Below are positions 61,357 through 64,000 of a stretch of DNA of 64,000 nucleotides, in pieces (within the stretch, counting starts at the first letter, position 1; each line of letters begins with the position of its first letter). Position numbers and translations under genes: made by a program. The stretch covers positions 44,392,001 through 44,456,000 of the forward strand of contig OZ320323.1 in the NCBI GenBank assembly GCA_976226885.1, given 5' to 3'. The stretch is from Iphione sp. A-MEVVRFRX5. Lineage: Eukaryota. A model generated the notes under the pieces. The model had not been told where the DNA came from, searched no databases, and worked only from the letters and a program-made list of their open reading frames with translations.

Positions 61357-61731
61357 GATATTTTAATTACTTTCACGAGGATGGGCGATAGCATTTAACA
61401 CCATGAAGTTACCACCGATTTCTGCAGGTGGTCCCAGTTCACTGGTTGTATAATAGTACGAATTCCGTATTGTAGTGAACGGAATGACTCTATTTCGAGT
61501 ACCCTGTAATTATAGTTCTATGTCATTAATGATTTAACTGAAAAGAGATCAATTAAGGACAATGATGAACTGAGAGTGACTCCGGGATTGGAAACTGTAT
61601 GCAGGATTTATCACGCTTGTAGAAGGGGGGAGGGGGCAGAGCGGCAAGTGGGACGTGAAGGTACGTCACAGAGCGTACACTCTTGAAGCGGAATCTGGTA
61701 AGAAACTGGTGACACAGGTCAAGGTGTACAC

Positions 61732-61933
61732 NNNNNNNNNNNNNNNNNNNNNNNNNNNNNNNNNNNNNNNNNNNNNNNNNNNNNNNNNNNNNNNNNNNNN
61801 NNNNNNNNNNNNNNNNNNNNNNNNNNNNNNNNNNNNNNNNNNNNNNNNNNNNNNNNNNNNNNNNNNNNNNNNNNNNNNNNNNNNNNNNNNNNNNNNNNNN
61901 NNNNNNNNNNNNNNNNNNNNNNNNNNNNNNNNN
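61732..61933. other. Assembly gap
   Basis: Run of N. Confidence 0.99.
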
Positions 61934-62462
61934 TAGAAAGGGGGTTGAAAGCATGAAAGAGGAAAAAGATTGTAGGGCAGGGCCAGGGGCTGAAGAGGCC
62001 AGGGGCTGAAGAGGATTTACCCTCGTGTTGTCCGTGTAACAAGGATAGTAAAAGAAAAAACTTCTGCAATAGACTGAGGTTTGGAGTAGACCATTGCTCT
62101 TTATTCAATGCTTATGTAGTTTTTATAACCTTTATGTCATAGAATGTCCATGAACCCTCCATGCCTGAACTCGGAGAGAGCTCTGACCTCGTTCAAAGAT
62201 GTGCTCTGGGACGAAGGTCATGAGTTACTCACATTTCCTACTACCTTTATCTTAATGATATCCTGTCGTCGCAACAAACCATTTCAGTGTAATAATTAAA
62301 ATAACAATAATATTTTATTTCCAAGTAATCGCCCTGAATAGGGCGATTTTTCCCACTTTGAAAAATTGGAATATTTTAGTCCATATTGAAACAACAAGCA
62401 GTATTGCATAATTGATAGGCCTCTTTAGATCAATGACATAACGTAGTAACTAATTACATATG

Positions 62463-62651
62463 CAGGCCCATAGCCAGGAAGTTTTGTGGGGGGTATCGGA
62501 CGATACCCCCAATACTGCAGGGGTGGAACAGATACCCCCTTGGCTACAGGCCTGCATATATATATATATATATACATTAGAAAAGTGGAACGCCTGGCTT
62601 CTGTGGGGGGTATTGGACGATACCCCCGATACCCCCTTGGCTACGGGCCTG
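62463..62651 (-). mobile_element. Composite MITE, CAGGCCCGTAGCCA family (two right ends, at 62554 and 62651)
   Basis: Inverted relative to 4250-4416; flanked by CATATG/CATATG. Confidence 0.75.
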
Positions 62652-62763
62652 CATATGTAATGCGTTCACAACTATACTCGATGTTTTTCTCTTGATGCGA
62701 CCAGGTAGGGTCACGTTCCGATAGGGAAACCTTCACTACGCAGCTTACAGCTGCACCTTCCAC

Positions 62764-63240
62764 TAAGGCCCCCCCCCCAAAAAAAAATGTGTTTCTGGTA
62801 ATTACCAGCCAAAAAGCTAGGTAGGGAGCGGGGATCTTTTCTCTTTTTTAATTTTTTCCCCTTTCTTCCTCTTGTTTTCAATAATGATAATAGGACCCCC
62901 AAATAGGTGTGTTTCTGGTAACGACAGCCAAAAACCTAGGTAGGGAGGGGATATTTTTCCTTTTTAATAATTTTTGTCCACTTTCTTCCTCTGGTTTTCA
63001 ATAATGATAAAGATAATATGAAGAATTTTGACCAATTTGCATGAGTTTTACAGTTCTTTGCTGAAATTCAATGAATTCTGTTTTTCTACTGAATTTACTA
63101 AAAACGTGCTGTGAAAACACATATCTAAGGAAATTTAATCTTGGAAACTCTCTGCGCCGAAAACATTTTTAGGTAGGGTGAGGTTTTACTAGGTAGGGGT
63201 GGGTAACCATGTAGAAACACACATTTTTTGTTTTGGTCCG
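62764..63240 (-). mobile_element. MITE homologous to 58113-58443 plus a partial duplicated end
   Basis: Reverse-complement homology along the length. Confidence 0.75.
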
Positions 63241-63618
63241 AGCAGGCTATATAATTTCAAATAACTGAAGACAACCAACTGAGAAGCCTCCATAGAGTAG
63301 AATATAATATTTTAAATCCTTTCATTTGACTTGAGTGTATTGAAGTTTTAAGACAGGGGGCGGACGGTCAGACTGCACTGTTCCTTGTTTACCCCGTCCA
63401 TGAGACAGGGGACAACAACTATAGGGTGTGCATATAAATAGTTCAACATATCGAAGAAAGAAGTCAAGGGAATGTATTTTTCTATACATATTATTTATTC
63501 ATCATAGAAAGGTTTGAATTTACATTGCGACTATCCGCATATATACCATGGATTTCACATCGTCTCACCACTCATATACGGAATCACATTATAAAACGAC
63601 TACAGGTCTTCGACTCAG

Positions 63619-64000
63619 TTTTATAACCTTTATGTCATAGAATGTCCATGAACCCTCCATGCCTGAACTCGGAGAGAGCTCTGACCTCGTTCAAAGATGT
63701 GCTCTGGGACGAAGGTCATGAGTTACTCACATTTCCTACTACCTTTATCTTAATGATATCCTGTCGTCGCAACAAACCATTTCAGTGTAATAATTAAAAT
63801 AACAATAATATTTTATTTCCAAGTAATCGCCCTGAATAGGGCGATTTTTCCCACTTTGAAAAATTGGAATATTTTAGTCCATATTGAAACAACAAGCAGT
63901 ATTGCATAATTGATAGGCCTCTTTAGATCAATGACATAACGTAGTAACTAATTACATATGCAGGCCCATAGCCAGGAAGTTTTGTGGGGGGTATCGGACG
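63619..64000 (+). repeat. Apparently exact duplicate of 62121-62502 (offset 1498 bp), running off the window end
   Basis: Identical by eye over 382 bp. Confidence 0.9.

Noticed and set aside
60960-62230. Start of a plus-strand gene (TATA near 60965, candidate exons near 61600-61708 and 62142-62217)
   Set aside because: No recognisable product, and the region is interrupted by a gap.
200-63000. Most ORFs in the supplied six-frame track
   Set aside because: They arise from microsatellites, minisatellites or the antisense strand of real exons, or they use non-ATG starts. They show no domain signal.

Overview
Eukaryotic, intron-rich invertebrate-type scaffold DNA (about 40% GC, two N gaps; species not determinable from sequence). 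The supplied ORF track is mostly noise. Reading exons by hand with phase-consistent GT-AG junctions gives four genes: (1) + strand ARSB/ARSI/ARSJ-like arylsulfatase, 12 exons at 2451-20191, with its 5' exon(s) upstream of the window; (2) - strand WSCD-family sulfotransferase-like type II membrane protein without WSC domains, 6 exons at 26592-32237; (3) + strand POLD1, complete, 22 coding exons at 35399-48231, 1095 aa; (4) - strand tetraspanin at 48625-60757. Mobile DNA includes a 948-bp 3' LTR with polypurine tract, a LINE RT fragment, several MITE families, a foldback-like element and a Penelope-like fragment with a hammerhead-like core. The two most notable observations are an apparent set of mutually exclusive exons encoding the CC-motif segment of the tetraspanin large loop, and a recurrent pattern of tandem repeats seeded at exon/intron junctions that creates arrays of decoy splice sites and pseudo-exons, including copies of the POLD1 catalytic motif A and C exons. 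All coordinates were counted by hand. Repeat boundaries are approximate.
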